Assembly (NCBI GenBank): GCA_038147395.1
Contig: JAYQTM010000001.1
Coordinates: forward strand, 321,437-385,436
DNA from: Candidatus Eutrophovita brisbanensis
GTDB lineage: Bacteria; Pseudomonadota; Gammaproteobacteria; Burkholderiales; Eutrophovitaceae
DNA: 64,000 nt
Direction of reading: 5' to 3'
Positions 30,949-42,998 of this stretch are shown one piece after another (position 1 is the stretch's first letter; each line of letters starts with the position of its first letter). The notes beneath the pieces were generated by a model, which did not search any database, had not been told where the DNA came from, and saw only the letters and a list, made by a program, of their open reading frames with translations. The position numbers and the translations under genes are program-made.

Positions 30949-33051
30949 CTATTGAGTCGAGAGCACGGAGAGGTCTCCGACGCAGTTCATCAATATTGAA
31001 AGATTTGATAGCAATGCAAGACGATTTGTTTTTTCCGACTCATCATCACTGATCACCATTACATTCTCGAAGAACTGGTCAATAGATTCTCGAGCTGTAC
31101 AAAGTAACTTGAGGGCGTCCCCATATTTTCGGTCAGAAATGTAAGAGTTGATTTCTGGTGTAAGCGCGTGGATTGTATTGTGAAGCGTGATTTCCTCGCT
31201 AAGCGAGAGTAGTGATTCATTGATCGAGTTTGTGAGTGCTGGGTTTTTGTTTAAGATGTTTTTGATGCGTTTATTTGCCGCGGCAAGTGCTTTTGCATCA
31301 TCTGTATTAGAAAATGCTTGGAGTGCAATGAGTCTGTCCTGAACTAAGTTGAGGCTATTTGACTCTGTTGCGAGAATGGCTTCAATTTCTTCACTGGATG
31401 CTCCGCGATCTTTTAAGTACCCACGGAGGCGGTCTATGATGAATTCTTTAATCGCGTCGTGATCAATGTTTACGTTAGGGTTGTCGGAGAATAACTCTTT
31501 ACCCCAATTGATAAGTTGATCGATCCGTAGGTCTAAGTTATTGTCGATGAGTATTCTGATGATTCCGATTGCTTGTCGCCTAAGGGCGAATGGGTCCTTG
31601 TCCCCTGTGGGGGTAAGGCCAATGCCAAAAATACCGATGAGCATCTCGATTTTATCTGCGAGCGCAACGCAAGTTGACACATCGTTTGTGGGCAGCGAAT
31701 CATTTGCGAAACGAGGCCGGTAATGCTGCTCTATGGACTCGGCAACGGTATTATCCTCACCCTGTGCTCTTGCATAGTAGTTGCCGATAATTCCCTGGAG
31801 TTCGGGGAACTCGCCCACCATATCGGTCATCAAATCTGCCTTACAGAGCCATGCGGCTCGGCTAGTTTTTTCGACATTAATGCTTTGGCTTTCGGCGATC
31901 GAAATCGCAAGTTTTTGAATACGTACTACGCGCTCGTACTGACTCCCAAGTTTGTTGTGGAACACCACCGCTTTGAGTTTTTCGACTTGGTCAGTGAGCG
32001 GTGATGCGAGGTCGGATTCGTAAAAGAACTGAGCATCAGCTAGTCGCGGCCGGATCACCTTCTCGTTACCCTCAATAATATTTTTTGGGTCATCACTTGC
32101 CATATTGCTCACAATGAGAAACTTTGCTGCTAGTTTCTTTTTTTCGTTGAACAGCGGAAAGTATTTCTGATTTGATTTCATCGTGAGGATCAGGCATTCC
32201 TCTGGTACCGATAAATATTTCTCTTCAAATTTGGCCGGGTAGACGACTGGCCATTCCACGAGTGCCGTTACCTCGTCTAGCAAAGCATCATCTTCATCGA
32301 TCAACAGTCCATGGACTTCGGATTGACGTCTTAGCTCGGCCAAGATTTTTTTCTTTCGCTCGTCAAAACTAGCAATAACGTACCCATCGTCCAGCATGAT
32401 TTTTTCGTAATCGGACGCTTGGGTAAGTTTGATAACTTTTTTTGTTGACAGAAACCGGTGTCCTTGTGTCGTGTCGCTGGCGACAATGCCCAGGCAAGAA
32501 ACTTCGAGGGTTTGGGAGCCATGGAGCACCAACAATCCACGAGCTGGTCGGGCAAACCGCACGGTCTCAAAGGATGCCTCAAGCTGATAGGTCATTACTT
32601 TCGGAATGGGTAAATTTGAAATCGATTTTTCGATCGCTGCTTGTAATTCAGCTTCTAAGCTCGCCCCTGCCTTTGTGTGGTGGATATGCAAGAAATCCAT
32701 CTTCCCATCGTTCCGAACTACGATATCTTTTACGCTATGAATCGAGAGATTGAGGCTTTCTAGTTTTTTGACAAGTGAGGTGCTGGGAGAGCCGTCGTCA
32801 GTTAAGCCAACTTTTTTTGGCATCAGTTTTACGTCGACTGTTTGTTGTGGCGCAGTTGAAAGCACCTCATCAATGAGTACGGCTAGTCTTCTTGGGGTGC
32901 TAAAAATCCTGTGTTGCGTGTTCTCTGAACACAATTCTTTTTGCTTTAAATGCTGAAATATCTGGTTGCCAAACTCAACGCCCAACTTTTTTAAAGCCTT
33001 GGGAGGGAGCTCCTCGGTCAGCAATTCTACGAGAAGTGGTTTGCGACTCAT
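30949..33051 (-). CDS. glyS: Glycine--tRNA ligase beta subunit
   Basis: 700 aa. Overlaps glyQ by 4 nt. Typical N-terminus [13 protein letters not shown]. Confidence 0.95.
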   Translation of the reverse strand: MSRKPLLVELLTEELPPKALKKLGVEFGNQIFQHLKQKELCSENTQHRIFSTPRRLAVLIDEVLSTAPQQTVDVKLMPKKVGLTDDGSPSTSLVKKLESLNLSIHSVKDIVVRNDGKMDFLHIHHTKAGASLEAELQAAIEKSISNLPIPKVMTYQLEASFETVRFARPARGLLVLHGSQTLEVSCLGIVASDTTQGHRFLSTKKVIKLTQASDYEKIMLDDGYVIASFDERKKKILAELRRQSEVHGLLIDEDDALLDEVTALVEWPVVYPAKFEEKYLSVPEECLILTMKSNQKYFPLFNEKKKLAAKFLIVSNMASDDPKNIIEGNEKVIRPRLADAQFFYESDLASPLTDQVEKLKAVVFHNKLGSQYERVVRIQKLAISIAESQSINVEKTSRAAWLCKADLMTDMVGEFPELQGIIGNYYARAQGEDNTVAESIEQHYRPRFANDSLPTNDVSTCVALADKIEMLIGIFGIGLTPTGDKDPFALRRQAIGIIRILIDNNLDLRIDQLINWGKELFSDNPNVNIDHDAIKEFIIDRLRGYLKDRGASSEEIEAILATESNSLNLVQDRLIALQAFSNTDDAKALAAANKRIKNILNKNPALTNSINESLLSLSEEITLHNTIHALTPEINSYISDRKYGDALKLLCTARESIDQFFENVMVISDDESEKTNRLALLSNLSILMNCVGDLSVLSTQ

Positions 33052-34004
33052 GCTCTTAGCTCTTCGTTCAGGTGGGATCTTATTTCTGAGATTTCCTTGG
33101 ATTCTTCTTGGTTGAAGATTGCCTCGATTAAGTTCATCGGAGCACGCTCAAAGCCAGTTTTTTTTCTAGATGCTAAGTAAGCATTTGCGGCGAGTCGCGC
33201 TAGGGCTCGTACTCTGCCGATGTAACTTGCTCGTTCAGTCACAGATATCGCTCCACGCGCATCTAGTAGATTGAATGTGTGCGAACATTTCATGACCAAT
33301 TCGTAGCCAGGTAGCGGAAGCTGAGCTTCAAATAGGCGTTTCGCTTCGATCTCAAAAGCGGTGAAATTTGTAAATAGAAGATCCGTGTTTGCTTTTTCGA
33401 AATTGTATGTGGATTGTTCAACTTCGTTCTGATGAAAAACATCCCTGTAAGTGATCCCTGGCGCCCAGTCGAGATCGTAAACGCTATCTTTTTGCTGAAG
33501 ATACATTGCAAGTCGCTCCAAACCGTAAGTGATTTCTCCCATGATCGGTTTACAAGCGATTCCCCCAACTTCCTGGAAATAGGTAAATTGTGTGATCTCC
33601 ATCCCGTTAAGCCACACTTCCCAACCAAGCCCCCACGCCCCCAACGTCGGAGATTCCCAGTCGTCCTCAACGAATCGGACATCATGATCGCGCGGTTCGA
33701 TACCAATGACACGTAACGACTCGATATAGAGGTCGATAATGTCGGCAGGGGAGGGTTTTAGTACAACCTGAAATTGATAATAGTGTTGTAACCTATTCGG
33801 GTTCTCGCCATACCGACCGTCTTTGGGGCGCCTTGAAGGCTGGGCATAAGCTGCTTTCCATGGTTCTGGTCCAACTGCTCTTAGAAAGGTCGCGGTATGA
33901 AACGTACCGGCACCAACCTCTAGATCGTAGGGCTGTAGCAGCGCGCATCCTTTAGAGCTCCAATATTTTTGGAGCTCTAAAATCATGTCTTGGAAAAAAA
34001 TCAT
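33048..34004 (-). CDS. glyQ: Glycine--tRNA ligase alpha subunit
   Basis: 318 aa, highly conserved GlyQ sequence ([28 protein letters not shown]). Confidence 0.95.
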   Translation of the reverse strand: MIFFQDMILELQKYWSSKGCALLQPYDLEVGAGTFHTATFLRAVGPEPWKAAYAQPSRRPKDGRYGENPNRLQHYYQFQVVLKPSPADIIDLYIESLRVIGIEPRDHDVRFVEDDWESPTLGAWGLGWEVWLNGMEITQFTYFQEVGGIACKPIMGEITYGLERLAMYLQQKDSVYDLDWAPGITYRDVFHQNEVEQSTYNFEKANTDLLFTNFTAFEIEAKRLFEAQLPLPGYELVMKCSHTFNLLDARGAISVTERASYIGRVRALARLAANAYLASRKKTGFERAPMNLIEAIFNQEESKEISEIRSHLNEELRA

Positions 34005-34045
34005 ATGAATCAGCAGAAATTGGTTACTACGTAATTCGCGACATT

Positions 34046-35590
34046 TTACCTTGTTTGGTCTTTCGGTCTAACCAAAGCCATCATTAAACATGCGAATAGG
34101 ATCGATCCGCAAAGGACTAATATCGCAGAATTCCCCCAAATTACGTACGGCGTGGATCCAACGCGACCTAAAACTTGTGATCTCAAGATTGTGCGGTTGA
34201 ACTGATCGGCTTGTTTTACGATCTGCCCTTTATGATTGATGTGGGCCGTGATCCCCGTGTTCGTGACACGCAACAGATCTCGCCCACTCTCAAGCGCTCT
34301 TGCTTGTGCGATCTGCAAATGTTGCCATGGTCCAATAGAGTTGCCCCACCAAGCATCATTCGTAAAGTTCGCGAGAATCGTCGCTTCGGGGAGCTGTTTG
34401 ATGATTTCCTCACCAAAAACGTCCTCGTAACAGATATCAACACCAATTTTTTCTTCTCCCACTTGGAAAGGTTTTTGCCTCGTCGGCCCAGGCGAAAAGT
34501 CCGACATCGGGATATCGAAGTAATCAAATAAGTGAGAGGTCAGCTTATTCGAGGGGAAATAGTCACCAAAGGGAACAAGACGATGTTTTTGATAACGATC
34601 GCGTTCATTCATGTGAATATGAACTAAGCTATTGAATAGTCGATCCGAGGAATCCTTTTCTGGAAGTCCTAGAATAATCTCGTTCCCAACCCTGGATGTT
34701 GATTCAGATAAGGAAGCCCAAAACCAGCTCGGGACCGAGTGTTCGAATACTGGGAGGGCTGTTTCAGGTAGTAAAACCAGATCGCTACCTTCCCCAACGA
34801 TTAAATTTTCATAGATTTTTAAAGTCCGGATCGCCCACTCTTGAGACCATTTGACGTCTTGAGGGATATTCCCTTGAATCATCGAAATGGATAATGGTGC
34901 CGCTGACTTTTCCTGTGTCCAACTCGGGAAATATAGTAGTAATGCAGCTAGCATTGTGATGCCGCCAGGTAATAAACCAACAAAAATCGAACGTTTCTTT
35001 ATATTCTCGGTTCTCATGTCTCTAATCTTCTGAATGGCGTAAGCAACACTCCCACTGCAAACAGCGGAGGCTAGGCTGACGCCATAGACACCAAAAACCG
35101 GAAAATAAGTTGATAGCGGACTAGTTGGTACGTGGCTATATCCGATCGCAAGCCAAGGAAAGCCAGTTAAGAACCAATCTCTTGTCCAATCAGATAGTGC
35201 TAAGCCAACTGGAAAGACGAGGGTGAGTCTAAGAGTGGTTGCCTTGACCGATTTTCCTAGCGCACACTGGACGAGGCCGAGAGGCAGTGCGAACAATACA
35301 CATAAAACAAATACCGCAATTCCTGCTAACAGGGGATGCATGTTCCCATAGTCATGAAGGCTAACGAAGATCCAATGCACGCCCGATAACAGTAGGCCGA
35401 GTGAAAAGCAGAACGATGACCAAAAAATCTGTCTTGGATTTTGGTTGTGTAGGATTAAGAATAGCCCGGCACTGGTGATGACGGGAACTGACGACATGTG
35501 AAATGGGGCGAACCCGAATGTGGTGAACCCGCCCAAAATGAGCGCGGCAATCCCTCTGTGCCAGAGGAGTTTCCGTAATTTAAGGCTCAC
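34046..35590 (-). CDS. lnt: Apolipoprotein N-acyltransferase
   Basis: 514 aa. N-terminal multi-TM region plus a CN-hydrolase domain (LLPETA, ICYEDVF). Confidence 0.9.
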   Translation of the reverse strand: MSLKLRKLLWHRGIAALILGGFTTFGFAPFHMSSVPVITSAGLFLILHNQNPRQIFWSSFCFSLGLLLSGVHWIFVSLHDYGNMHPLLAGIAVFVLCVLFALPLGLVQCALGKSVKATTLRLTLVFPVGLALSDWTRDWFLTGFPWLAIGYSHVPTSPLSTYFPVFGVYGVSLASAVCSGSVAYAIQKIRDMRTENIKKRSIFVGLLPGGITMLAALLLYFPSWTQEKSAAPLSISMIQGNIPQDVKWSQEWAIRTLKIYENLIVGEGSDLVLLPETALPVFEHSVPSWFWASLSESTSRVGNEIILGLPEKDSSDRLFNSLVHIHMNERDRYQKHRLVPFGDYFPSNKLTSHLFDYFDIPMSDFSPGPTRQKPFQVGEEKIGVDICYEDVFGEEIIKQLPEATILANFTNDAWWGNSIGPWQHLQIAQARALESGRDLLRVTNTGITAHINHKGQIVKQADQFNRTILRSQVLGRVGSTPYVIWGNSAILVLCGSILFACLMMALVRPKDQTR

Positions 35591-36431
35591 CGGTGCTGTT
35601 GATATCAGATGTCAATTTAGTGACTGACAAGGTGTGAATCCTACGACTATCCGCCCGAATGACCTCGATATCAAGATCACCGATTTTGATCCGTTCACCT
35701 TTGCTCGGAAGTCTCCCGATATGAGCTAGGACCAAGCCGCCAATCGTATCGAAGTCTTCATCTGGAAAACTTGTGTTGAAATATTCGTTGATATCCGATA
35801 TCTCTGTCACTGCTTTGACTCGATACGCTCCCGTATCCGAGCCAATAATATTCGCTTCAGACTCATCAAAATCGTATTCGTCTTCTATTTCGCCCACGAT
35901 TTGTTCCAGCACATCTTCAATCGTGATCAGTCCTGCAACTCCGCTGTACTCGTCAACCACGATAGCCATGTGATTGCGATTACTCCGGAAATCTTTCAGT
36001 AAGACGTTGAGGGGCTTCGATTCGGGGATGAATACAGCCGGTCGCAACATGTCGCGCACGTCAAAGTTTTCTGGATCGTTGTAATAGCGCAAGAGATCCT
36101 TTGCAAGCAAGATTCCAAGGACATCGTCCTTGTCATTCTCATGGACAGGAAAGCGAGAATGATTCGTCTCTACGGCTATTGATAAGACTTCGTTCATTGG
36201 CAATTTGATATCAATCATGTAGCTTTGCGATCGGGGAATCATGATGTCTTTCGCACACATTTCAGATACCTGAAGCACACCCTCGATCATTGACAAGGCA
36301 TCTGAGTCGAGTAATCCTTTTTCGAATGAGGATCGCAGTAAATCAATCAATTGTTGTCTGTTTTTTGGAGCTGCTCTCAATAAATCGTTGACACGCTCTG
36401 CCCAACTCGGGCGATTTTTTTTCGGGATCAT
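35580..36431 (-). CDS. corC: CorC/HlyC-family CBS-domain magnesium/cobalt efflux protein
   Basis: 283 aa. Tandem CBS domains plus a CorC_HlyC C-terminal domain. Conserved miaB-ybeZ-ybeY-corC-lnt synteny. Confidence 0.85.
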   Translation of the reverse strand: MIPKKNRPSWAERVNDLLRAAPKNRQQLIDLLRSSFEKGLLDSDALSMIEGVLQVSEMCAKDIMIPRSQSYMIDIKLPMNEVLSIAVETNHSRFPVHENDKDDVLGILLAKDLLRYYNDPENFDVRDMLRPAVFIPESKPLNVLLKDFRSNRNHMAIVVDEYSGVAGLITIEDVLEQIVGEIEDEYDFDESEANIIGSDTGAYRVKAVTEISDINEYFNTSFPDEDFDTIGGLVLAHIGRLPSKGERIKIGDLDIEVIRADSRRIHTLSVTKLTSDINSTGEP

Positions 36432-36453
36432 TTTGAGTAAATGTTTTAGTAAA

Positions 36454-36888
36454 TCAATATGGATTTTTAAACCCTAATCCGTCGAGAATATCTATTTCCA
36501 ACAGTTCCATGAATTCGCGTTCCATTTTAGTTCCGTGGTCGAATTGTTGAGCATGAAGGGTCGCGTGTATTGATAAATGCGCAAAATGGGCGCTCAATTC
36601 TTTTTTTTGTGCGTGCGCTTCCTTAATCATCACCGGCACGCAGATTGCGATGTCAGCGGTAATAGGTCGTGTTTCAGGATAGGGGAAGGTCAGAACGTTA
36701 GTCGCATTTTTTTTGCCACGAAAATAGTGATTCAGTTGAGCACTTTCCGCAGTGTCGACGAATTTAAAGGTTAAGTCAGCATCCTCAAACAGCGCTTGCG
36801 ATATCCAGTATTGGAAGTCTTTTCGCGATGGGAGGTTTTCCCATGCCTGATGATTTTGGATGTTTAATTGAAGTTTTGGTGAGCTCAT
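36454..36888 (-). CDS. ybeY: rRNA maturation endoribonuclease YbeY
   Basis: 144 aa. Zinc motif HLSIHATLHAQQFDH (H-x3-H-x5-H). Confidence 0.85.
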   Translation of the reverse strand: MSSPKLQLNIQNHQAWENLPSRKDFQYWISQALFEDADLTFKFVDTAESAQLNHYFRGKKNATNVLTFPYPETRPITADIAICVPVMIKEAHAQKKELSAHFAHLSIHATLHAQQFDHGTKMEREFMELLEIDILDGLGFKNPY

Positions 36889-36899
36889 CTAAACGATAT

Positions 36900-37847
36900 T
36901 CAATCGTCGTGATTCATCCGTTCGTAAGCATTAACGATTCTTTGTACTAACGGGTGTCTGACAACATCCTCTGATTCAAAATGTGTGAACGCGACCCCTT
37001 TAATGCCTGACAGTATCGATGGGGCATCTTTTAGGCCGCTCTTTTGTCCTTTGGGTAGATCTACCTGAGTACAGTCCCCGGTGACGACCGCACGGCTGCC
37101 GAATCCCATACGAGTGAGAAACATTTTCATTTGCTCTGGAGTGGTGTTTTGAGCCTCGTCCAAGATGATGAAGGAGTGGTTGAGCGTCCTGCCACGCATG
37201 TAGGCGAGTGGCGCGATTTCAATCGAATTTCGTTCGAATAGTCTTCCGACTTTTTCGTAACCCATTAGGTCGTACAGGGCATCGTAAAGTGGTCGGAGAT
37301 AAGGGTCGACTTTTTGCGCCAAGTCTCCTGGAAGAAAACCTAATCGCTCACCCGCTTCTACTGCTGGGCGAACTAATACGATTCTTTTTATTGTTCCTCG
37401 CTCGAAAGCATCAACCGCGGATGCGACGGCGAGATAGGTTTTCCCTGTACCCGCAGGTCCGATACCAAACGTAATTTCGTTTGATTGGATTTGCGCTAAG
37501 TATTCCGTTTGTCTCGGAGTTCGGCCTCTAAGGTCACGACGTTTCGTCTGAAGCACAATGGCGCTCTGCGAAGAGGGGATATCTAATTTCCTACTGATCT
37601 CTACGATACCAAGTTGTATGTCTTCAGTATCTAGGTTTCTCTTTGAGGAGTCATAGAGTAGCGCCAGAGTATCGGCGGCGATTCGAACCTTCTTTTCGTC
37701 ACCGACCAGTGTGAATTTCTCACCTTGCCTGACGATTTTGATGTCAAGCTCTCTGCCGATTTCCTTGATATTCTCATCAAGAGCGCCACACATATTGGCT
37801 AGCCGAGCGTTGTCGACAGGGGAGAATTCGATTTCGGTGGTGTTCAA
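36900..37847 (-). CDS. ybeZ: PhoH-like ATPase
   Basis: 315 aa. Walker A GPAGTGKT. PhoH family. Confidence 0.85.
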   Translation of the reverse strand: MNTTEIEFSPVDNARLANMCGALDENIKEIGRELDIKIVRQGEKFTLVGDEKKVRIAADTLALLYDSSKRNLDTEDIQLGIVEISRKLDIPSSQSAIVLQTKRRDLRGRTPRQTEYLAQIQSNEITFGIGPAGTGKTYLAVASAVDAFERGTIKRIVLVRPAVEAGERLGFLPGDLAQKVDPYLRPLYDALYDLMGYEKVGRLFERNSIEIAPLAYMRGRTLNHSFIILDEAQNTTPEQMKMFLTRMGFGSRAVVTGDCTQVDLPKGQKSGLKDAPSILSGIKGVAFTHFESEDVVRHPLVQRIVNAYERMNHDD

Positions 37848-37905
37848 TCTGATTGCGTGAAATATAGTGTTGTCAAAATCGTAGCATATCTCGAGGATGA
37901 TCTGG

Positions 37906-39265
37906 TCATCGTGTGACGATCACCCCTTTTAGGGAGTTTGCAAGTGATTCTGTAATTTCGATATCCACCATGTGGCCTGTTAGACGGTTATGCCCCTCAA
38001 AGTTAACTACTCGGTTGTTACTTGTCCGACCCGTTAATTGTCCTTCCCCTTTTTTTGACGCGCCCTCAACTAGAACAGGATATGTTTTGCCTACCATCGC
38101 TTTGCCGTATCTGATTGAATTTTGATTCAGCTTATCCTGTAGTCGTTGAAGTCTGTTTTTTTTTAACCTCTAGAGGGACGTGATTCGGTAATGCTGCTGC
38201 CGGCGTTCCAGGCCTGGGGCTATACATGAAGCTGAAACTTCCATCGAAATCGACGTCTTCTACGAGTCGCATTGTTTCTTCAAAATCTTTGTCTGTTTCT
38301 CCTGGAAACCCAACGATAAAATCAGAGGCAATAGAGACAGAGTGGCGAGCAGTTCTTAAATCTCGAATGATTTCCCGATAGTGGTCGCTGGTGTATCCCC
38401 GCTTCATCGCTTCCAAAATCTTGTCAGAGCCTGATTGCACGGGAAGGTGAACGTGATCAACTAACTTGGGTAATGACTGGTAGCAATCGATGAGCGCCTT
38501 TGAAAATTCCTTGGGGTGCGATGTGGTGTACCGAATACGTTCGATGCCAGGAACGTCGGCGACATGTTCTAGTAGCAATGAAAAATCCAGAGTTTCACTA
38601 TCTTGTTCCCACATGTATGCATTGACATTCTGTCCGAGCAATGTGACCTCTCGTACACCCTGAGTTGCTAGCGTCGCAACTTCAACCAACACGTCGTCTA
38701 ATGGACGAGAGATTTCTTCGCCTCGGGTGTACGGCACCACACAAAAGCTACAGTACTTGCTGCACCCCTCCATGATCGATACGAATGCTGTAGAACTCGA
38801 GGTTAATTTTGTTGGCAGTGTGTCAAATTTTTCTATCTCTGGGAAAGAGATGTCAACCTGTGATCGACCACTCGTTTTTCTTTGACTCAATAGTTTAGGC
38901 AGCCGATGCAACGTTTGTGGACCGAATACTAAGTCCACGAAGGGTGCCCTCGAAACGATTGCTTGACCTTCTTGAGATGCGACACATCCGCCGACTCCGA
39001 TTATAAGGTTGGGATTTTCCTCTTTGAGGCGCCTGACGCGCCCTAGGTCGCTAAATACCTTTTCTTGCGCTTTTTCTCGGACTGAGCAAGTATTGAAGAG
39101 GATCAGATCTGCATCGTCTGGGACGTTTGTTTGCTCGTAACCTTCGTGATCACGCATTAGGTCAACAATTTTTTCAGAGTCGTACTCATTCATCTGACAT
39201 CCGAACGTTTTGACGAAGATTTTTTTCATATTGGGTTGGTTAAAGTGTTCAAACTCTGAATTCAC
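37906..39265 (-). pseudogene. miaB: tRNA-i6A37 methylthiotransferase MiaB, interrupted by a 1-nt frameshift in a T9/A9 run
   Basis: ORF 38132..39265 holds the UPF0004 and radical-SAM domains ([11 protein letters not shown]). ORF 37906..38097 plus its upstream extension holds [11 protein letters not shown]... and the TRAM domain. Frames join at T9 38156-38164. Confidence 0.85.
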
Positions 39266-39413
39266 CTAGTATTTTACAAGAAGCCTCTTGTATTGATTCG
39301 GGTTCAGTGAATAGATTCTAATGGCGATCCGGTGTGCGGGGTCTCTTCATGATATTCAATTGCTCTGAGTCTGGGATTAGAATGACCACTACGCTAACAC
39401 TGATCTAATTTTC

Positions 39414-40115
39414 ATGACTAAGTCAAAGTTGTTTGCTGGGCTTCAAGGGATTCGCCGGGCTTTTTTCTCGCCTAGCAAGTGGAAAAAGTCTTACTCTCAA
39501 TGTGCGGAAGACTTAATCGTCGAATTTATTTTTAAATCAAGGCCTATAAAGAGTAAGGGGTTCTACGTTGATGTCGGCGCACATCATCCGAGACGCGGAT
39601 CAAACACATATTCCTTATACAAGAAGGGATGGAGGGGTATCTTGGTCGACATGGAATCGGACAAGGTGATTGCTGCTCGGTTAGCTCGGCCGTTTGATAT
39701 TTGTGTTCAAGCGGCAGTAAGTGATGGGGAGAGGGATGTCAATGTGTTCAGCCCCGGGGCGTTCTCGACGAAGACAACGATCGATCCAAAGAGTGCGTTT
39801 AGCGATAGTTCTGCAAGTTTCGTTAAGACTGCCTCGGTGCGCACGACAACCTTGACGGATATATTAGACGATAACAGCTGCCCCGGCGATTTTGATTTTC
39901 TCAATGTTGATTGTGAAGGGCACGATCTCGCGGTGCTTCGTGGGTTAGATTTTGAGAGGTACTGCCCAAAGGTGATTTGTGTCGAAATCTGGGAGGCGAG
40001 CAAAGGCATTGAAGCGCTGATGGATAGTGAAATCCACGTTCACCTATCTAAAAGTGGATACGTTCTTTTCAGTTGGGCAGTCCTGTCCGCTATTTACGTT
40101 AGAGGGGATGGCTGA
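39414..40115 (+). CDS. FkbM-family SAM-dependent methyltransferase
   Basis: 233 aa. Motif FYVDVGAHHPRRGSNTYSLYKKGWRGILVD. Confidence 0.7.
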   Translation: MTKSKLFAGLQGIRRAFFSPSKWKKSYSQCAEDLIVEFIFKSRPIKSKGFYVDVGAHHPRRGSNTYSLYKKGWRGILVDMESDKVIAARLARPFDICVQAAVSDGERDVNVFSPGAFSTKTTIDPKSAFSDSSASFVKTASVRTTTLTDILDDNSCPGDFDFLNVDCEGHDLAVLRGLDFERYCPKVICVEIWEASKGIEALMDSEIHVHLSKSGYVLFSWAVLSAIYVRGDG

Positions 40116-40134
40116 ACGAAAGAAGTATTTGCTC

Positions 40135-40902
40135 TTATTTACGGTATCTGAGCTTCCTGAAGTAGAGTCCGAGCCAGTACTTTCGGAACTGCTCAAATCG
40201 ACTGGGCCACGATAACTTATAGTTCTCACTTGCGGGAACATACCAACTGTTCAATCCAGTTCTCATGATTAGTTGGTAGTCATTCGCCTGTAAGTGCTTG
40301 TGTTTATCGTGTGAGACGACATGATCCTCGAGAAGTATCAGTGAGGGTTGCCATTTGTTGAGGTCAAAACCATCAAAAAGATCCAACTCGTGGCCCTCGA
40401 TGTCGATCGACAAGAACTCAAACTGCGCCGGGACGTTATTTTCTTCGAGTATTGAATCTAGAGTTCGACACTGTACTTTGATGGTGCCGTTTCCCTCGCT
40501 CGCTAATGCGATGGGTGCGTTGTTCAGTGTCGAGTGCCCTCCGGCAACCACCAGGTCAAGTTCTTTGTGATGATTTGCTTTGTTTGAGCATGCGGCTTGA
40601 ACCACGATTCCATTTCGCTGTTGTCTTAATAAGTCGGCGCAATCGGGTAGAGGTTCTACTAAAATTCCAGACCATCCGATCTGCTCAAGGTGGTAACTCT
40701 GAGATTGTATGGTCGGATGATTTGCTCCAACATCAACGTAAAATCCCGTTGTTTGATTATTGAAGAAGTATCTAATGAGATCTTGCTCGTCTCTGGGGTG
40801 ATTCTTGAAACGGAAGACTTGTCGATCGGATAATACGTTTTTCACTGCTTCCTCCGATGCGTCTCCCTCAAACGATTGTTCGAACCAGTAACTGTGAGTC
40901 AC
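40135..40902 (-). CDS. FkbM-family SAM-dependent methyltransferase
   Basis: 255 aa. Motif FYVDVGANHPTIQSQSYHLEQIGWSGILVEP. Convergent with the previous gene, with stops 20 nt apart. Confidence 0.7.
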   Translation of the reverse strand: MTHSYWFEQSFEGDASEEAVKNVLSDRQVFRFKNHPRDEQDLIRYFFNNQTTGFYVDVGANHPTIQSQSYHLEQIGWSGILVEPLPDCADLLRQQRNGIVVQAACSNKANHHKELDLVVAGGHSTLNNAPIALASEGNGTIKVQCRTLDSILEENNVPAQFEFLSIDIEGHELDLFDGFDLNKWQPSLILLEDHVVSHDKHKHLQANDYQLIMRTGLNSWYVPASENYKLSWPSRFEQFRKYWLGLYFRKLRYRK

Positions 40903-40932
40903 CCGTATCGATCAACCTGAGGAAAGGAAATT

Positions 40933-41009
<77 letters not shown>

Positions 41010-41107
41010 GTTGTGCCTTTAGGCAGGCGAGGAGAGTAATGTCAAGGGAAATAATTGTCAAGATGCTTCAATATATCGAAGTTGCAAACAGCTTGTAAAA
41101 TGAACCA

Positions 41108-42271
41108 ATGAAGTCGGTAGATGTGTTAATCGTGGGCGGTGGGATCGTAGGGTACGCGCTAGCGGGCGCTTTGGGTCGATTCGACCTTTCCGTCATGCTT
41201 TTGGACCCAAACAAAGGGTCGATTCCGACGCGACCCACCACTGGAGTATACCCGGCGTCTAACCGAGTGTTCACAATCAGACCATCGGTGAGAGATTTCC
41301 TCAGGAACATAGGCCTCTGGGGCGCAATTGACGAGTCCCGGTCCCAAAAGGTCTCCAAAATGTTGATTTATTCAGGCGCTGACGCGCCGCTTATCTTCGA
41401 TGCGTATCAGACCGGTTTTGACCAGCTTGCGACTGTCGTCGAGTATGAGGAACTCATTCGCGTTACCTCGGGGTCGGTCAATACACAATCAACAAACGTC
41501 GTGGAAGCAGGGTTTGAGGGTGTGACTTTGGATAAAGATCGTGTCATCGTCGAGACCATTGTCGGTCCTATTTCATGCAAATTGCTGGTGGGGGCAGATG
41601 GGGGAAGCTCAGAGGTGCGAAAGGCTGCAAATATTGATTTTACGTATCACGATTATGAGTACACAGGTGTCGTCGCCAGTTTCTCGACTGCCCGCTCGCA
41701 CGCTGGAATTGCGTATCAAAAATTTGTGGACCGGAGTGTGATCGCATTTCTGCCTTTGCCCTCCGGTAGAACTAATTTAGTTTGGTCGTTGAAAAATGAG
41801 CTAGCGCGCGAGTTGAATGAGGGCAACATCCTTGAACGAGTGAGTGCTTTATTCAACCCGCTCGGCATTCGAGCACTGGAAACCTCCATCGGCAAATTTC
41901 CGCTTGGTAAACTAAAGGCGAGTGCAACATGCAGTGGTAGAGTCGCTCTAGTAGGCGACTCTGCGCATCAGTTTTTGCCGTTGGCGGGCCAAGGATTGAA
42001 TGTGGGGCTATCAGACGTTCAAAAACTGGTCGAGCTCATTGCTTTCTTTGGTCAGGTTGATCCTGGTTCCGATGCAGTTATAAATCGCTACCGAAGGGCC
42101 CGGCGAGAGGAAATTGAGAGTTTTAGTTTTGTAACAGGGGCGATTCACGAATCGTTAATCTCCTCTCGGCGTATTGGTGAATTATTCAGGGATACTTCGC
42201 TCGATTTGATAAATCATTGCCACCTGGCAAAACGGTTTTTAGTAAATAAGGCCGCGGGGTACGATTTTTGA
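41108..42271 (+). CDS. FAD-dependent monooxygenase, UbiH/UbiF/Coq6 family
   Basis: 387 aa. N-terminal DVLIVGGGIVGYALA dinucleotide fold and C-terminal GDSAHQFLPLAGQGLNVG motif. Confidence 0.75.
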   Translation: MKSVDVLIVGGGIVGYALAGALGRFDLSVMLLDPNKGSIPTRPTTGVYPASNRVFTIRPSVRDFLRNIGLWGAIDESRSQKVSKMLIYSGADAPLIFDAYQTGFDQLATVVEYEELIRVTSGSVNTQSTNVVEAGFEGVTLDKDRVIVETIVGPISCKLLVGADGGSSEVRKAANIDFTYHDYEYTGVVASFSTARSHAGIAYQKFVDRSVIAFLPLPSGRTNLVWSLKNELARELNEGNILERVSALFNPLGIRALETSIGKFPLGKLKASATCSGRVALVGDSAHQFLPLAGQGLNVGLSDVQKLVELIAFFGQVDPGSDAVINRYRRARREEIESFSFVTGAIHESLISSRRIGELFRDTSLDLINHCHLAKRFLVNKAAGYDF

Positions 42272-42281
42272 GGATGACAGA

Positions 42282-42998
42282 ATGCAGAAAATTACTGGAT
42301 TGATATTACTCGTTAGCGTTTTAATGGCACACGCGAATGATGAGCTGAGAAGACACCTCGAAGAACGGTTTCCTTCGGCTCAAGTCGATTCGGTGATCGA
42401 GACTAATTTTCTAGGTCTCTACGAAGTCGTCATTAACGGATCTGTTTATTACGTCGATGAGGAATTCACACACCTTTTTGATGGCAGCCTGATTGAATTG
42501 AGTTCAATGAGAAATTTGACCTCCGAGCGGAATGCTCAAATTGAGGCGGCAGCATTGAAGGCCGTTGAGATACCGTTCGATCAGTTACCGCTAGATGATG
42601 CGATCAAAAGAGTATTTGGTAACGGAGAGCGCAAATTCGCCTATTTTGCTGACCCCAATTGCGGTTACTGTCGCAAGTTTGACAAAGAGGCACTGGGAGC
42701 CGTGTCTGACGCAACCCTATATATTTTCCTCTATCCGGTAATTACCGAGAAATCTATCCCAATCTCTAAATCTATTTGGTGCTCGGATGACCGCGCTCGT
42801 GCTTGGGATGATTACGTATTGTCTGGCGTCATGCCGACAGCTCCGAGCACATGCTCTAATCCAATTGAAGACAATCTGGCCTTTGGGAAAAAGATGTTGG
42901 TCAGGGCTACTCCAACTCTTTTCTTCGAAAATGGGGCGAGAGTGAGTGGTGCGTTAACTCTGGAGCAACTCGAAGAGCAATTAAACACAGCCCGTTAA
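42282..42998 (+). CDS. dsbC: Thiol:disulfide interchange protein DsbC
   Basis: 238 aa. Signal peptide, N-terminal dimerisation domain and a thioredoxin fold with CGYC. Confidence 0.8.
   Translation: MQKITGLILLVSVLMAHANDELRRHLEERFPSAQVDSVIETNFLGLYEVVINGSVYYVDEEFTHLFDGSLIELSSMRNLTSERNAQIEAAALKAVEIPFDQLPLDDAIKRVFGNGERKFAYFADPNCGYCRKFDKEALGAVSDATLYIFLYPVITEKSIPISKSIWCSDDRARAWDDYVLSGVMPTAPSTCSNPIEDNLAFGKKMLVRATPTLFFENGARVSGALTLEQLEEQLNTAR

Noticed and set aside
33290-33712. 140-aa alternative-frame ORF on the same strand as glyQ
   Set aside because: The GlyQ frame is highly conserved across this stretch, and the alternative frame is low-complexity. There is no evidence for an overlapping gene.
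39321-39333. Possible direct repeat of the tRNA 3' end (TGGCGAT) at the far side of the FkbM pair, suggesting an att site
   Set aside because: Only 7 nt match, which is expected by chance in 64 kb. No integrase or other island hallmarks are present.
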